Positions 40,863-50,824 of a stretch of DNA of 64,000 nucleotides are shown piece by piece. The stretch lies in NCBI GenBank assembly GCA_965205975.1, contig OZ242195.1, positions 1,760,001 to 1,824,000 on the forward strand. The letters run 5' to 3'. Position numbers and translations under genes: made by a program. This DNA comes from Candidatus Latescibacterota bacterium. GTDB lineage: Bacteria > Latescibacterota > UBA2968. The notes below the pieces were generated by a model. The model was given only the letters and a program-made list of their open reading frames with translations, was not told where the DNA came from and made no database searches. The first letter of the stretch is position 1. Every line of letters starts with the position of its first letter.

Positions 40863-41909
40863 TTAAGCTAAGTTTATACCAACTGCCTGTCCTGTTTCGC
40901 AAATCTGTCGCCAGGTCTCGTCATCTATATCTACACCACGCGCTTCTTTCTCACGCCGCATGCGCGCTTCCATCTCGCCTGGCATCAAAATTTCATCAAA
41001 CCCGGGCGCGAGCCGGGCACTCTTCAAAAATTGCACAAAGGATTGCATCTCATCGCGAAATTGATCTCGCCCGACAAAAGCCCCAATATCCAGCGCCATA
41101 ATAAACACCCCATTGCCACCGGAAAGCCCGCCCTCGCGGCTACAACCACCGCCACCGAGTGCGCCAGACAAAACATCAACCACCACGGAAAGCGCGTAGC
41201 CCTTATGCGCGGAAAGCCCGCCAAAAGGCAAAATAGCCCCTCTGGGTGGACCGTAGAACTTTGCCGGATCCGTCGTCGAATCACCTTCTGCATCAATAAC
41301 CCATCCTTCGGGCAGCGATTCCCCCAAATTGCGCTTCACCCGGATTTTCCCTTCCGCAACAACACTCGTGGTCAAATCCACGACAATCGGAAAATCGCCC
41401 CCCGTGGGAATACCCACGGCAATGGGATTGGGCGACATGCGCGCGTCAATGCCGCCAAACGGATGCTGAAGCAATCCCCCGCCGTGATTATTGCACATCA
41501 CAATGCCAATCATCTCGGCCTCGGCAGCGACCTCCACATATTCACCCAAACGCCCAATATGCCCGCTATTGAAAAGCTCGACCACCGCAACCGACCGCTG
41601 TTTTGCCTTCTCCATAGCCAGCGCCATAGCCTGATGGCAAACGGTTTGCCCAAACCCCCAACCACCATCGACAACCGCCGAAGCATCGGCCTCGCGCACA
41701 ACCGCGATCTCCTGCCCGGCCTGCACGCGCCCTTCCTCAAGTGCTTGAACGTACTGCACAAGCCGAATCACACCGTGAGAATCGTGTCCCATCAAATTGG
41801 ACAACACCAGCGAATGCGCAATCTGACGCGCTTCTTTCGCGTCCAGACCCGCGCCTTCAAACACCTGTGTACAGGCCCCTTTGAGCCTCTCAACATCCAA
41901 AACAGGCAT
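40863..41909 (-). CDS. Ldh_2 family oxidoreductase (malate/L-sulfolactate/ureidoglycolate dehydrogenase-like)
   Basis: GHDSHG, HIGRLG, NPIA.G.P, LPFGG..HKGY, PGE; start 41909 after GAGGAGG. Confidence 0.9.
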   Translation of the reverse strand: MPVLDVERLKGACTQVFEGAGLDAKEARQIAHSLVLSNLMGHDSHGVIRLVQYVQALEEGRVQAGQEIAVVREADASAVVDGGWGFGQTVCHQAMALAMEKAKQRSVAVVELFNSGHIGRLGEYVEVAAEAEMIGIVMCNNHGGGLLQHPFGGIDARMSPNPIAVGIPTGGDFPIVVDLTTSVVAEGKIRVKRNLGESLPEGWVIDAEGDSTTDPAKFYGPPRGAILPFGGLSAHKGYALSVVVDVLSGALGGGGCSREGGLSGGNGVFIMALDIGAFVGRDQFRDEMQSFVQFLKSARLAPGFDEILMPGEMEARMRREKEARGVDIDDETWRQICETGQAVGINLA

Positions 41910-41997
41910 ACGACACCCTCCTCGCCAGATCAGAATCGGGCCTAAATCTACCATTAACGGGCATAATGGTCAATAATTGAGTCTAACTACTCACCCC

Positions 41998-42384
41998 TCA
42001 AAGCATCTTTTCTTTGCGATGCACCAGTTGCACGCAAACGCCCCAGGGATCGCGCAACATCGCCAGCGTATCCCCTGCATCCGTGGGTTCGGGTTCCTGC
42101 ACAACTGTTGCACCCGCGGCTTTCAAACGCGCAAAATCGGCCTCAATATCCTCCGTCGCATAAGCAAAATGCAGTGCCAGATGGTGCATCGAAGCATAAT
42201 CTGGCGTCTCCACCTCTGGCTGATGATAAAGCTCGTACATCGTCTCCCCCTCCGAATCCGCCACAAACGTCATCTTGATAGGTGGCGGTCCCTGGCGCAC
42301 AACGCGCATACCCAGATTATCGCAATACCACTTTGCAACCACATCGGGATCATCAACCACAAAAGCAATGTGTTCAACCTTCAT
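41998..42384 (-). CDS. VOC/glyoxalase family protein
   Basis: EHIAF, LHFAY, LRDPWG..VQL. Confidence 0.88.
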   Translation of the reverse strand: MKVEHIAFVVDDPDVVAKWYCDNLGMRVVRQGPPPIKMTFVADSEGETMYELYHQPEVETPDYASMHHLALHFAYATEDIEADFARLKAAGATVVQEPEPTDAGDTLAMLRDPWGVCVQLVHRKEKML

Positions 42385-42428
42385 CTCTTTCTCCTTATTA
42401 AAATGATGGGCAGATAACCGGGTCTGCC

Positions 42429-43442
42429 CTAACCCGTCATACCTTCCAACTGCAATACATCGCTCAAATGACAGCGCACCGCCTGCCCTGGCGCGATCTC
42501 GCGTAATTCTGGAACTTCCTCCTTACACCGATCCTCAGCATAAGGACAGCGCGGATGAAACGCGCATCCCGAAGGCGTATCCCCGGGATCCGCCACCTCG
42601 CCAGAAAGTAAAACGCGCTTCTTCTTGCGTTTGGGATCTGGATTGGGCACCGCCGACAAAAGTGCCTCGGTATAGGGATGCGCGGGACTTTGAAAAAGCT
42701 GATCAACCGGCGCCAATTCCACAACCTTACCCACATACATCACAGCCACGCGGTCAGAAATATGGCGCACCACACTCAAATCGTGCGCGACAAACAAATA
42801 CGTCAACCCGAACTGTTCTTGCAATTCCTGAAGCAAATTGAGCACCTGCGCCTGCACAGAGACATCCAGCGCGGAAACGGGTTCATCCGCCACGATCAAC
42901 CTGGGATGCAATGCCAGTGCCCTCGCAATGCCAATACGCTGCCGCTGCCCCCCGCTAAAAGCGTGTGGATACCGCCGCAAAAAATGGGGATTCAACCCCA
43001 CCTGAGCGAGCAATTCCCGCACGCGCGTCTCCCGCTCAAGACGATCTGCAACTCCATTGACCAGCAACGGTTCACCAATAATATCGAGCACCGTCATACG
43101 CGGATTCAAGGAGGCATAAGGGTCTTGAAAAATCATCTGCATATCTCGGCGCAGAGACTTGAGCACATCATGAGGTGCCTGTGCAACATTGACCTCCTCA
43201 CTGTCTCTGCGGAACCACACCTCGCCAGCCGTGGGAGCTATCGCCCGCAAAATCGTGCGCCCAACCGTTGTTTTACCCGATCCGCTTTCCCCAACCAGCC
43301 CCAGGCACTCCCCTTCAAACAAATCAAAACTCACGCCATCTACGGCCTTGACCTGACCGACAACCGTATTAAAAAAACCGCGCGTAATGGGAAAATACTT
43401 TCTCAAATCGCGCACCCGCAACAGGGCGTTCTGTTCACGCAT
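42429..43442 (-). CDS. Oligopeptide/dipeptide ABC ATP-binding protein (OppF/DppF-like)
   Basis: [36 protein letters not shown]; start 43442. Confidence 0.93.
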   Translation of the reverse strand: MREQNALLRVRDLRKYFPITRGFFNTVVGQVKAVDGVSFDLFEGECLGLVGESGSGKTTVGRTILRAIAPTAGEVWFRRDSEEVNVAQAPHDVLKSLRRDMQMIFQDPYASLNPRMTVLDIIGEPLLVNGVADRLERETRVRELLAQVGLNPHFLRRYPHAFSGGQRQRIGIARALALHPRLIVADEPVSALDVSVQAQVLNLLQELQEQFGLTYLFVAHDLSVVRHISDRVAVMYVGKVVELAPVDQLFQSPAHPYTEALLSAVPNPDPKRKKKRVLLSGEVADPGDTPSGCAFHPRCPYAEDRCKEEVPELREIAPGQAVRCHLSDVLQLEGMTG

Positions 43443-44442
43443 CGCGCACATCCTCTCCATAGAGCACACACGCAACCCCATGCCCATCCTCAACAGCGAA
43501 CAATTCTGGCCTATCGCCCGCATTGCACACCCCGTCCTGCGCCACGTCACATCGCGGATGGAAAGGACACCCCTGCAATTGCGTATAGGGATTGGGCACG
43601 GACCCCCTGATCGTTTGCAACCGCGTCTTTCTCGCCTGACTCATTCCTGGGATAGACTGCATCAGCGCCTGCGTATAGGGGTGTTTGGGATTTTCAAAAA
43701 TCTCCTCTGTCGCCGCGTGTTCCACAATGCGCCCCATATACATCACCGCAACCTCATCTGCCATTTCTGCAACCACGCCCAAATCGTGTGTAATCAGCAT
43801 AATCGACATCTGAAATTCGTCTTGCAAATCGCGCATCAAATCCAGTATCTGCGCCTGAATGGTGACATCTAATGCCGTCGTGGGTTCATCGGCAATCAAC
43901 AGCGACGGACGGCACGAAAGCGCCATGGCAATCATCACGCGCTGTCGCATCCCACCGCTCATCTCGTGCGGATATTGTGCAAACCGTCGATCCGCATCTG
44001 GAATCCCAACCCGATCCAGCATATTTACGGCGAGTGACCGCGCTTCTTCACCCCGCAAATCGAGATGCAGCCGAATCGCCTCAACAATTTGAAATCCCAC
44101 CGTATGCACCGGACTCAGCGACGTCATCGGCTCCTGAAAAATCATCGCAATCTCATGCCCGCGAATCGCGCGAATATCCTCGCCCTCCTCGTCCAGATCC
44201 GTCAAATAAATCTCGCGGTCTGGACGGTGCAAAACAATCTCACCCGCCACAATCCGCCCGGGCGATGACACCAGGCGCAAAGCCGAAAAAGCCGTCACGC
44301 TCTTCCCGCACCCACTCTCCCCCACAATCCCCACCGTCTTCCCCCGGGGAATATCCATCGTCACACCATCCACTGCGCGAACCGTTCCCTCATCGAGAAA
44401 AAAGTGCGTCTTCAAATTATTTATGGTCAACACATTGTCCAA
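43435..44442 (-). CDS. Oligopeptide/dipeptide ABC ATP-binding protein (OppD/DppD-like)
   Basis: [33 protein letters not shown]. Confidence 0.93.
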   Translation of the reverse strand: MDNVLTINNLKTHFFLDEGTVRAVDGVTMDIPRGKTVGIVGESGCGKSVTAFSALRLVSSPGRIVAGEIVLHRPDREIYLTDLDEEGEDIRAIRGHEIAMIFQEPMTSLSPVHTVGFQIVEAIRLHLDLRGEEARSLAVNMLDRVGIPDADRRFAQYPHEMSGGMRQRVMIAMALSCRPSLLIADEPTTALDVTIQAQILDLMRDLQDEFQMSIMLITHDLGVVAEMADEVAVMYMGRIVEHAATEEIFENPKHPYTQALMQSIPGMSQARKTRLQTIRGSVPNPYTQLQGCPFHPRCDVAQDGVCNAGDRPELFAVEDGHGVACVLYGEDVRDA

Positions 44443-44466
44443 ATCACACGGCTCCCTTTGCCCGCG

Positions 44467-45306
44467 CTATGAATCCCTTTGCACCCTTCTAAACCGACCC
44501 CCTTGCTCTCTATCTTGCTCTCTTTGCTCTTTAGACCGAGAGTATGATGACCTGCGTCTTGGTCTTTTTGCCCGCGCTATAAACGCCTTTGCACCCTCTT
44601 GCAGCCACCCGGTGCTATTCACCAGCAGCATCTGTACCCCGGCAGCGGCAAATTTGCCCACATTATCCGACGAGGTCATCGTACCCGCAACACGCCCCGA
44701 CGCGATAATCTTCGCAAGCGCGTCGTCAATTGTCTTTTGCACCACTTTATTTTCCAAATCGCCAATATATCCCATCGACGCCCCCAGATCTGAAGGCGCG
44801 ACAAAAAATACATCGACCTGATCCACAGTCAGGATCTCATCCAAATTCTCCACCGCGACGATGTCTTCAATCAAAATGGTGAGCAACACCTCGTCATTGG
44901 CCTTTGCAAAATAATCCGCAACCCCATAGCCCTGCCGGCTCGTGAACATACCGCGCTGACCAATGGGTGCAAACCGACCCCCCGCCACGACATTTTCCGC
45001 TTCTTCGCGCGTATTCACATGCGGCACCACAATACCCTGCGCCCCCCTGTCCAGCGTGCGATAAATAAGCGTCTGATCGTTGCGATTCACGCGCACAATC
45101 GACGTCATGCCCCACAGATCACAGGCGCGCGTGAGATTGCCCAACTCGTCAAAAGCCATGGGGCCGTGCTCCCCCTCAATCCATATCCCATCAAAATTTG
45201 CGGGACCAAATGCGTCGATATCATCCGCGTGCGTAAATCCACCGGCGATATACGCCTGTTCGCCGCGTCGCAACTTGTGTTTTACCCGATTCTGTCGAAG
45301 TTCCAT
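44467..45306 (-). CDS. HpcH/HpaI aldolase family protein with an aberrant C-terminal extension
   Basis: IEGEHG, LDRGAQGIVVPHV, APIGQRG, IED..AVENLDEI, APSDL. Confidence 0.9.
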   Translation of the reverse strand: MELRQNRVKHKLRRGEQAYIAGGFTHADDIDAFGPANFDGIWIEGEHGPMAFDELGNLTRACDLWGMTSIVRVNRNDQTLIYRTLDRGAQGIVVPHVNTREEAENVVAGGRFAPIGQRGMFTSRQGYGVADYFAKANDEVLLTILIEDIVAVENLDEILTVDQVDVFFVAPSDLGASMGYIGDLENKVVQKTIDDALAKIIASGRVAGTMTSSDNVGKFAAAGVQMLLVNSTGWLQEGAKAFIARAKRPRRRSSYSRSKEQREQDREQGGRFRRVQRDS

Positions 45307-45318
45307 AAGTCTAATCCC

Positions 45319-46454
45319 CTAACGTGAATAAGGATCGGCGGCGTCGCGCAGACCGTCGCCGACAAAATTAAATGCGAGAACAGTAATAATCACAAAAATC
45401 ACAGGCGTCAAAAGCCACGGCTGAAAAGCCACAGCCTGAACATTTTGCGCCTCTTTCAACAGCACCCCCCAACTCGTCACCGGCGGACGCAACCCAAGAC
45501 CGAGAAAACTCAGCGAAGTCTCGCCCAAAATCATACCCGGCACAGCGAGCGTCAAACTCACGATAATATGGCTCATAAACGAAGGCAGCAGATGCCGCGT
45601 CATAATCCGCCAGCGACTCGCGCCGGCAAGCAGCGCAGCAGTTGCAAAATCCTCCTCGCGCAACGACAAAATTTTTCCGCGCACCTGCCGCGCCAAACCC
45701 GTCCATCCAATAAAAGACAACACAACCGTAATGCCCATATAGATCTGCAAGGGCGACCACGACGAAGGCAGTGCCGCAGCCAGAGCCATCCACAGCGGAA
45801 TAGACGGAAAAGACCTGAGAATCTCAATCCCGCGCTGAATGAGATTGTCGATCCAACCCCCGTAGTACCCGGACACCACGCCGATCACCAGACCAAACAC
45901 AAAACTCAGTGTCACCCCCACCAGCCCTATCGTCAGCGAAATGCGCGAACCGTAAATAATCCTCGAAAGCAAATCCCGCCCGAGATGATCCGTCCCCAAC
46001 AGAAAAAGCGTCCCCCCATCATCAACGCCAAAAGATGGACATCCGTCTCAAACAAGCCCCAGAACCGATAGGGCGCGCCCCGCACAAACAACCGTACGGC
46101 ATAGCGCTGTGAGCGGTCTTCGATATAGAACTTCCGAAGCGTTTCCGGATGTCGCACGCCCTTGATCCCATACACAAACGGCCAGAAATGCACGCCCTCA
46201 TCCGACACAAATTGCAAACGCTGGGGCGGGGCAAACGCATAGGCAACCTGCCGATGATTGAGCGTATAAGGCGCCAAAAACTCGCAAAACACAGCCACCA
46301 CATAAAGCGCGACAATAACCATACCCGCAGCCATCGCCAGGTGGTGCTTGCGAAACTTCCACCACATCAACTGCCACTGAGACGCGGCATAAGCCTCCGT
46401 TTCCCCGGTCTGAACATCTCGCTCGACCACCTCTTCCCGCTTGGGCATAGCCAT
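45319..46454 (-). pseudogene. Opp/Dpp ABC permease (OppC-like) split by a -1 frameshift at about 46030-46033 (real lesion or sequencing error)
   Basis: ORFs 45933-46454 and 45319-45999 join into ...DVHLFGVDDGGTLFLLGTDHLGRD... if one base is added to the A4 run. Confidence 0.85.
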
Positions 46455-47450
46455 CTAATGCTCCCCCTCTTCGTAGCGAATACGCGGATCGAGCCACAAC
46501 AACAAAATGTCTGAAATGAGCGTACCGACAAGCGTCAACAGGCTCAACATCATCACCATACTGCCCGCCAGATACATATCCTGATTCATAAGCGCGCGCA
46601 ACAACAGCGGTCCCGTCGTCGGCAAGCCCAACACCACCGACGTAATCGTCGCCCCAGACACAATGCCCGGCAAAACCCATCCCACAGTACTGACGAGCGG
46701 ATTGAGCGCCACGCGCACCGGATACCGCATCAACAACACCCAGTAGCGCACGCCTTTGGCGCGGGCAGTCATCACGTATTGTTTCCGCAATTCATCCAGC
46801 AAATTGCCCCGCATCACCCGTATCAATCCCGCCGTACCCGACGTGCCAATCACAATCACAGGGATCCACAAATGCCAGAGCAAATCGAGAAATTTGCCAA
46901 AGGACCACGCCGCACTCTGATACTCCGGTGAAAACAGACCGCCTGCACTCACCCCAAACACGGAATACCCGATGTACATAAAAACGAGCGCGAGTAAAAA
47001 ATTGGGCGTAGCAAGCCCGATAAAACCCAAAAACGTAAAACAATAATCCGGCAGTGAATACTGCTTCACAGCCGAATAAATCCCAACTGGAATCGCCAGT
47101 GCCCACGTCACCAGCAGCGTCACAATCGAAATAATAGACGTCAGCAAAATGCGTTCGCCAATCAGCTCTGTCACGGGCCGATTCCACTCAAACGACATCC
47201 CCAAATCGCCCCGCACCATGCCTTTCAACCACCGCCAGTATTGCACTATAAAAGGCTGATCGAGATTGTACCGCGCCCGCAGTGCCGCAGCCTGCGCCTC
47301 ATCCACCGTCTCTCCCGTCTCACCCAGCGCAGCAATATACGACGTGAGATAATCCCCTGGTGGAAGCTGGATAATTGAAAACGAAATGAATGAGATGATA
47401 ACCATTGTGGGGATCATCCACAACAGGCGTTTGACGATGAGAATGAGCAT
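46455..47450 (-). CDS. Opp/Dpp ABC permease (OppB-like)
   Basis: IQLPPGDY, GDLGMSF, ATPNF, YVMTARAKG, DPRIRY. Confidence 0.93.
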   Translation of the reverse strand: MLILIVKRLLWMIPTMVIISFISFSIIQLPPGDYLTSYIAALGETGETVDEAQAAALRARYNLDQPFIVQYWRWLKGMVRGDLGMSFEWNRPVTELIGERILLTSIISIVTLLVTWALAIPVGIYSAVKQYSLPDYCFTFLGFIGLATPNFLLALVFMYIGYSVFGVSAGGLFSPEYQSAAWSFGKFLDLLWHLWIPVIVIGTSGTAGLIRVMRGNLLDELRKQYVMTARAKGVRYWVLLMRYPVRVALNPLVSTVGWVLPGIVSGATITSVVLGLPTTGPLLLRALMNQDMYLAGSMVMMLSLLTLVGTLISDILLLWLDPRIRYEEGEH

Positions 47451-47492
47451 ATAAAAATTTCCTGGGAGGTAAAAAAACTATCCGCAGATGAA
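47333..47492. repeat. Direct repeat copy 1: permease 5' end plus upstream leader (functional copy)
   Basis: Aligns with 48394-48563 with scattered substitutions and small indels in the leader. Confidence 0.9.
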
Positions 47493-47514
47493 TAAAAATA
47501 AAAATATTTTGAAT

Positions 47515-48093
47515 TCAGCCATTATGGTCTTCAGACCCTTCTCGTGCCCGTTGCAATAATTCAGACAAATTTAGAGATTCCGCCCAGTGCTTCAGGTAAT
47601 CCCAATCTAACCTGTCGCCCTGTACTTTCAATATACCCGATACATCCCGTAATTGTCGGTCTGAAACTTCGCCACCTTTTCGATACCAGATCAATTTTTG
47701 CAGTACAATATCCTCTGGCGTTGCCACGACCAATTGCGTGCCAGCAATGGTCTGCGACCTTCGACGACGCATTTCTTCACGGTCAATCGCTTCAGAACCA
47801 GGTACAAAAATATCTACCTTAATCATTGTTTCGAGATGGATAACATTGAAGGAACTGTGCCGAGAAACAGCGCGAATAACATCTTCTTCTTCGATGTAAA
47901 ATGCGTTTTGGGTATTTGCAATGAGAGCTTGAATATGGTGATTCTTCAGTTCTGCAACCATGTCGATATCCTGTGTGGCGCGAGGCTCTCCGTAGATGGA
48001 ACTGGCAATTGACCCGCCCACCAGATATGGAATATCCAGGTTTTCAAAAATTTCAGCCATTTGCAGAGCGACGCACAGGGGTTCAGAAATCAC
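47515..48093 (-). CDS. Nucleotidyltransferase-fold protein (AbiEii/DUF6036-like)
   Basis: GGSIASSIYGEPRATQDID, KVDIF, ATPEDIVLQKL.WYR; probable GTG start next to the upstream stop. Confidence 0.75.
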   Translation of the reverse strand: MISEPLCVALQMAEIFENLDIPYLVGGSIASSIYGEPRATQDIDMVAELKNHHIQALIANTQNAFYIEEEDVIRAVSRHSSFNVIHLETMIKVDIFVPGSEAIDREEMRRRRSQTIAGTQLVVATPEDIVLQKLIWYRKGGEVSDRQLRDVSGILKVQGDRLDWDYLKHWAESLNLSELLQRAREGSEDHNG

Positions 48094-48094
48094 C

Positions 48095-48361
48095 TCAATA
48101 GCCCTCTTTGTGTGGGTCCCAGCCAAATGCTTTAATCATGGTCTGCCGGGGGAGCCGCAACGCGCCGAGGCGAAGGCGAATTTCTCGCTCATCTGCTTCG
48201 GGATACCGGCTGCGAATGCCCGAAATTGCAAGGTCTGTACACGCCTGAGAGAGTTGGGATATTTTTTCGGCTTTTTCGTGTGGTGTCATTCGCCGATACG
48301 CTTCAATGAGCAGGCGTTCTACCCTATGATTCGTGTCCCGCGATTGTGTTTTATAAGCCAT
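48095..48361 (-). CDS. Small helical protein, putative antitoxin-like partner of the nucleotidyltransferase
   Basis: GGAG RBS; SRDT..VE..IEAYRRMTPHEK...GIRSRYP; tightly coupled to the downstream gene. Confidence 0.65.
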   Translation of the reverse strand: MAYKTQSRDTNHRVERLLIEAYRRMTPHEKAEKISQLSQACTDLAISGIRSRYPEADEREIRLRLGALRLPRQTMIKAFGWDPHKEGY

Positions 48362-48373
48362 ACGACTCTCCAG

Positions 48374-48563
48374 CTATTTGGGTTTTGATATTTCAATATA
48401 CGACGTGAGGTAATCCCCCGGTGGAAGCTGGATAATTGAAAACGAAATAAATGAAATAATCACCATTTTGGGAATCATCTACAACAGGCGTTTGATAATG
48501 AGGACGAGCATGTAAAAATTTCCTAGAGGTAAAAAACAACCACAAAAACTATCCGCAGATGAA
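48374..48563 (-). pseudogene. Direct repeat copy 2: dead 5' fragment of the OppB-like permease
   Basis: ATG 48511: MLVLIIKRLL*(TGG>TAG)MIPKMVIISFISFSIIQLPPGDYLTSYI, then diverges. Confidence 0.88.
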
Positions 48564-48660
48564 CGCAGATAAAAGGCGAAAGGGCAATCCAACCCCGAAT
48601 CAGGATTTACAGGATTAAATGAGGGCAGGATTAGCGGTCATCAACGAACACAGGCACACA

Positions 48661-48714
48661 CGTCATTCCTGTGCATGCCGTAGGCAGGGCTTAATAGCCA
48701 CTCTCAGGAATCCA
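48661..48714. repeat. REP-like palindrome (GTCATTCC...GGAATCC) with an inner GCCGTAGGCAGG element
   Basis: cgtcattcctgtgcatgccgtaggcagggc...caggaatcca. Confidence 0.5.
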
Positions 48715-48716
48715 AG

Positions 48717-50543
48717 CTATGAGATTAAGGGAATTCCGGAAAAGCCAGAAACTATTGGTATTAGTAGAGACTTTAAAATTTCCATGGCTGAACTAGCTGC
48801 AAAACTAGAAAAAAAATTTTCTACCCATCGCTTCAATCGCTCCCTTCCGTTGCCATCCCCAGAGTTTATTGAGGCTAGTTCTTTGATGTGTTCTTCAATG
48901 TGTTCTTCAATGTGTTCTTTAATGTGTTCTTTAATGTGTTCTTTAATATGTTTTTCAAGCAACTTAACGAGTTCAGCAACCTTATTCCATTCGGGACTCT
49001 CAGCGGTAATATGTTTTTCAAGCTGCTTAACGAGTTCAGCAACCTTATTCCATTCGGGACTCTCAGCAGTTTTTTGGTCTAGTTCGGCAAGATGCTTTTT
49101 GGCCTGCTCAACAAATCTCTGAACCCTATCCTTATAGTCTTTTGACAGTGCATCTATAGTATCTTGGATATTTTCATTAGCGAGAGACTTTATCTTTGTC
49201 CCGTTTTTCTTAGTCTCAGTCTCAAGGGTGGTAATGCGGTCTGTCGCTTCAGTAAGGGAGGTGTTGCTACTTTCCATATCAGTCTCAAGGGTGGAAACGC
49301 GATCTGTCGCTTCAGTAAGGGAAGTGTTGCTACTTTCCATATCAGTCTCAAGGGTGGAAACGCGATCTGTCGCTTCAGTAAGGGAGGTGTTGCTACTTTC
49401 CATATCAGTCTCAAGGGTGGAAACGCGATCTGTCGCTTCAGTAAGGGAAGTGTTGCTACTTTCCAAACCAGTCTCAAGGGTGGTAATGCGGTCTGTCGCT
49501 TCAGTAAGGGAGGTGTTGCTACTTTCCAAACCAGTCTCAAGGGTGGAAACGCGATCTGTCGCTTCAGAAAGGGAGGTGTTGCTACTTTCCAAACCAGTCT
49601 CAAGAGTAGAAACGCGATCCGTCACTTCAGAAAGGGAGGTGTTGCTACTTTCCATATCAGTCTCAAGAGTAGAAACGCGATCTGTCGCTTCAGTAAGGGA
49701 GGTGTTGCTACTTTCCATATCAGTCTCAAGGGTGGTAATGCGGTCTGTCGCTTCAGTAAGGGAAGTGTTGCTACTTTCCATATCAGTCTCAAGGGTGGTA
49801 ATGCGATCTGTCGCTTCAGAAAGGGAGGTGTTGCTACTTTCCATATCAGTCTCAAGAGTAGAAACGCGATCCGTCACTTCAGTAAGGGAGGTGTTGCTAC
49901 TTTCCAAACCAGTCTCAAGAGTAGAAACGCGATCTGTCGCTTCAGTAAGGGAGGTGTTGCTACTTTCCATATCAGTCTCAAGGGTGGAAACGCGATCTGT
50001 CGCTTCAGTAAGGGAGGTGTTGCTACTTTCCAAACCAGTCTCAAGAGTGGTAATGCGATCCGTCACTTCAGAAAGGGAGGTGTTGCTACTTTCCAAACCA
50101 GTCTCAAGAGTAGAAACGCGGTCTGTCGCTTCAGTAAGGGAGGTGTTGCTACTTTCCAAACCAGTCTCAAGGGTGGAAACGCGATCCGTCACTTCAGAAA
50201 GGGAGGTGTTGCTACTTTCCATATCAGTCTCAAGAGTAGAAACGCGGTCTGTCGCTTCAGTAAGGGAGGTGTTGCTACTTTCCAAACCAGTCTCAAGGGT
50301 GGAAACGCGATCCGTCACTTCAGAAAGGGAGGTGTTGCTACTTTCCATATCAGTCTCAAGAGTAGAAACGCGATCCGTCACTTCAGTAAGGGAGGTGTTG
50401 CTACTTTCCAAACCAGTCTCAAGAGTGGTAATGCGGTCTGTCGCATTTGCCACATCACCTATGGCGAGGATTGCCAATATCATCGCCATTAATGCCATAA
50501 CGATCAAGATAATCCCTAACATCACCATCAAAGTCGTCTCCAT
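48717..50543 (-). CDS. Membrane-anchored long coiled-coil repeat protein (608 aa)
   Basis: AAGGAG RBS; N-terminal TM; 19+ copies of a 21-aa (3-heptad) unit; further internal repeats; hydrophobic C-terminus. Confidence 0.85.
   Translation of the reverse strand: METTLMVMLGIILIVMALMAMILAILAIGDVANATDRITTLETGLESSNTSLTEVTDRVSTLETDMESSNTSLSEVTDRVSTLETGLESSNTSLTEATDRVSTLETDMESSNTSLSEVTDRVSTLETGLESSNTSLTEATDRVSTLETGLESSNTSLSEVTDRITTLETGLESSNTSLTEATDRVSTLETDMESSNTSLTEATDRVSTLETGLESSNTSLTEVTDRVSTLETDMESSNTSLSEATDRITTLETDMESSNTSLTEATDRITTLETDMESSNTSLTEATDRVSTLETDMESSNTSLSEVTDRVSTLETGLESSNTSLSEATDRVSTLETGLESSNTSLTEATDRITTLETGLESSNTSLTEATDRVSTLETDMESSNTSLTEATDRVSTLETDMESSNTSLTEATDRVSTLETDMESSNTSLTEATDRITTLETETKKNGTKIKSLANENIQDTIDALSKDYKDRVQRFVEQAKKHLAELDQKTAESPEWNKVAELVKQLEKHITAESPEWNKVAELVKLLEKHIKEHIKEHIKEHIEEHIEEHIKELASINSGDGNGRERLKRWVENFFSSFAASSAMEILKSLLIPIVSGFSGIPLIS
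49217..50444. repeat. 63-bp coding tandem array, about 19.5 units
   Basis: Unit encodes TDR(V/I)(S/T)TLET(GL/DM)ESSNTSL(T/S)E(A/V); 19 ESSNTSL copies counted. Confidence 0.95.
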
Positions 50544-50569
50544 GACACACTCCTTATGGATATAAAACG

Positions 50570-50767
50570 CTAAAATTCTCCTGGCGTGCCTCTTGCGTGA
50601 CCTTCTGCAATATTCGATGAAATAGAAATTCTTGCACGCCGCATCTGACTGATCAAGCCAAACTTTTCCTGCTCTGGAAACTTTTCTGTTGCACGATAAA
50701 GTTCTTTAGCCAACACAATGCCCTGTTTCCAAACTTCAAGATCGCGATAACTTCTAATGCCCTTCAT
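50570..50767 (-). pseudogene. Truncated four-helix-bundle protein (23S rRNA IVP / Avd-like family)
   Basis: SYRDLEVWK..I.LA..LY..T..FPEQEKFGLISQMRRA..SISSNIAEG; stops after 65 aa, about half the usual family length. Confidence 0.85.
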
Positions 50768-50824
50768 ACACCACCTTCCCACTTACAACCACCAACCAGC
50801 CCCAACTCTTAATCCCCAGCCTCC

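Noticed and set aside
49217..50444. 63-bp array as a CRISPR or guide-RNA array
   Set aside because: Units are contiguous with no unique spacers, stay in frame within a CDS, and no cas genes are present
49164..50565. Long plus-strand ORFs (442 and 445 aa)
   Set aside because: Antisense shadows of a stop-free repeat; the minus ORF has the RBS, TM anchor and non-repeat ends
50570..50767. Diversity-generating retroelement, suggested by the Avd-like fold
   Set aside because: No reverse transcriptase in the window; differences between the 47333 and 48394 copies are not adenine-specific
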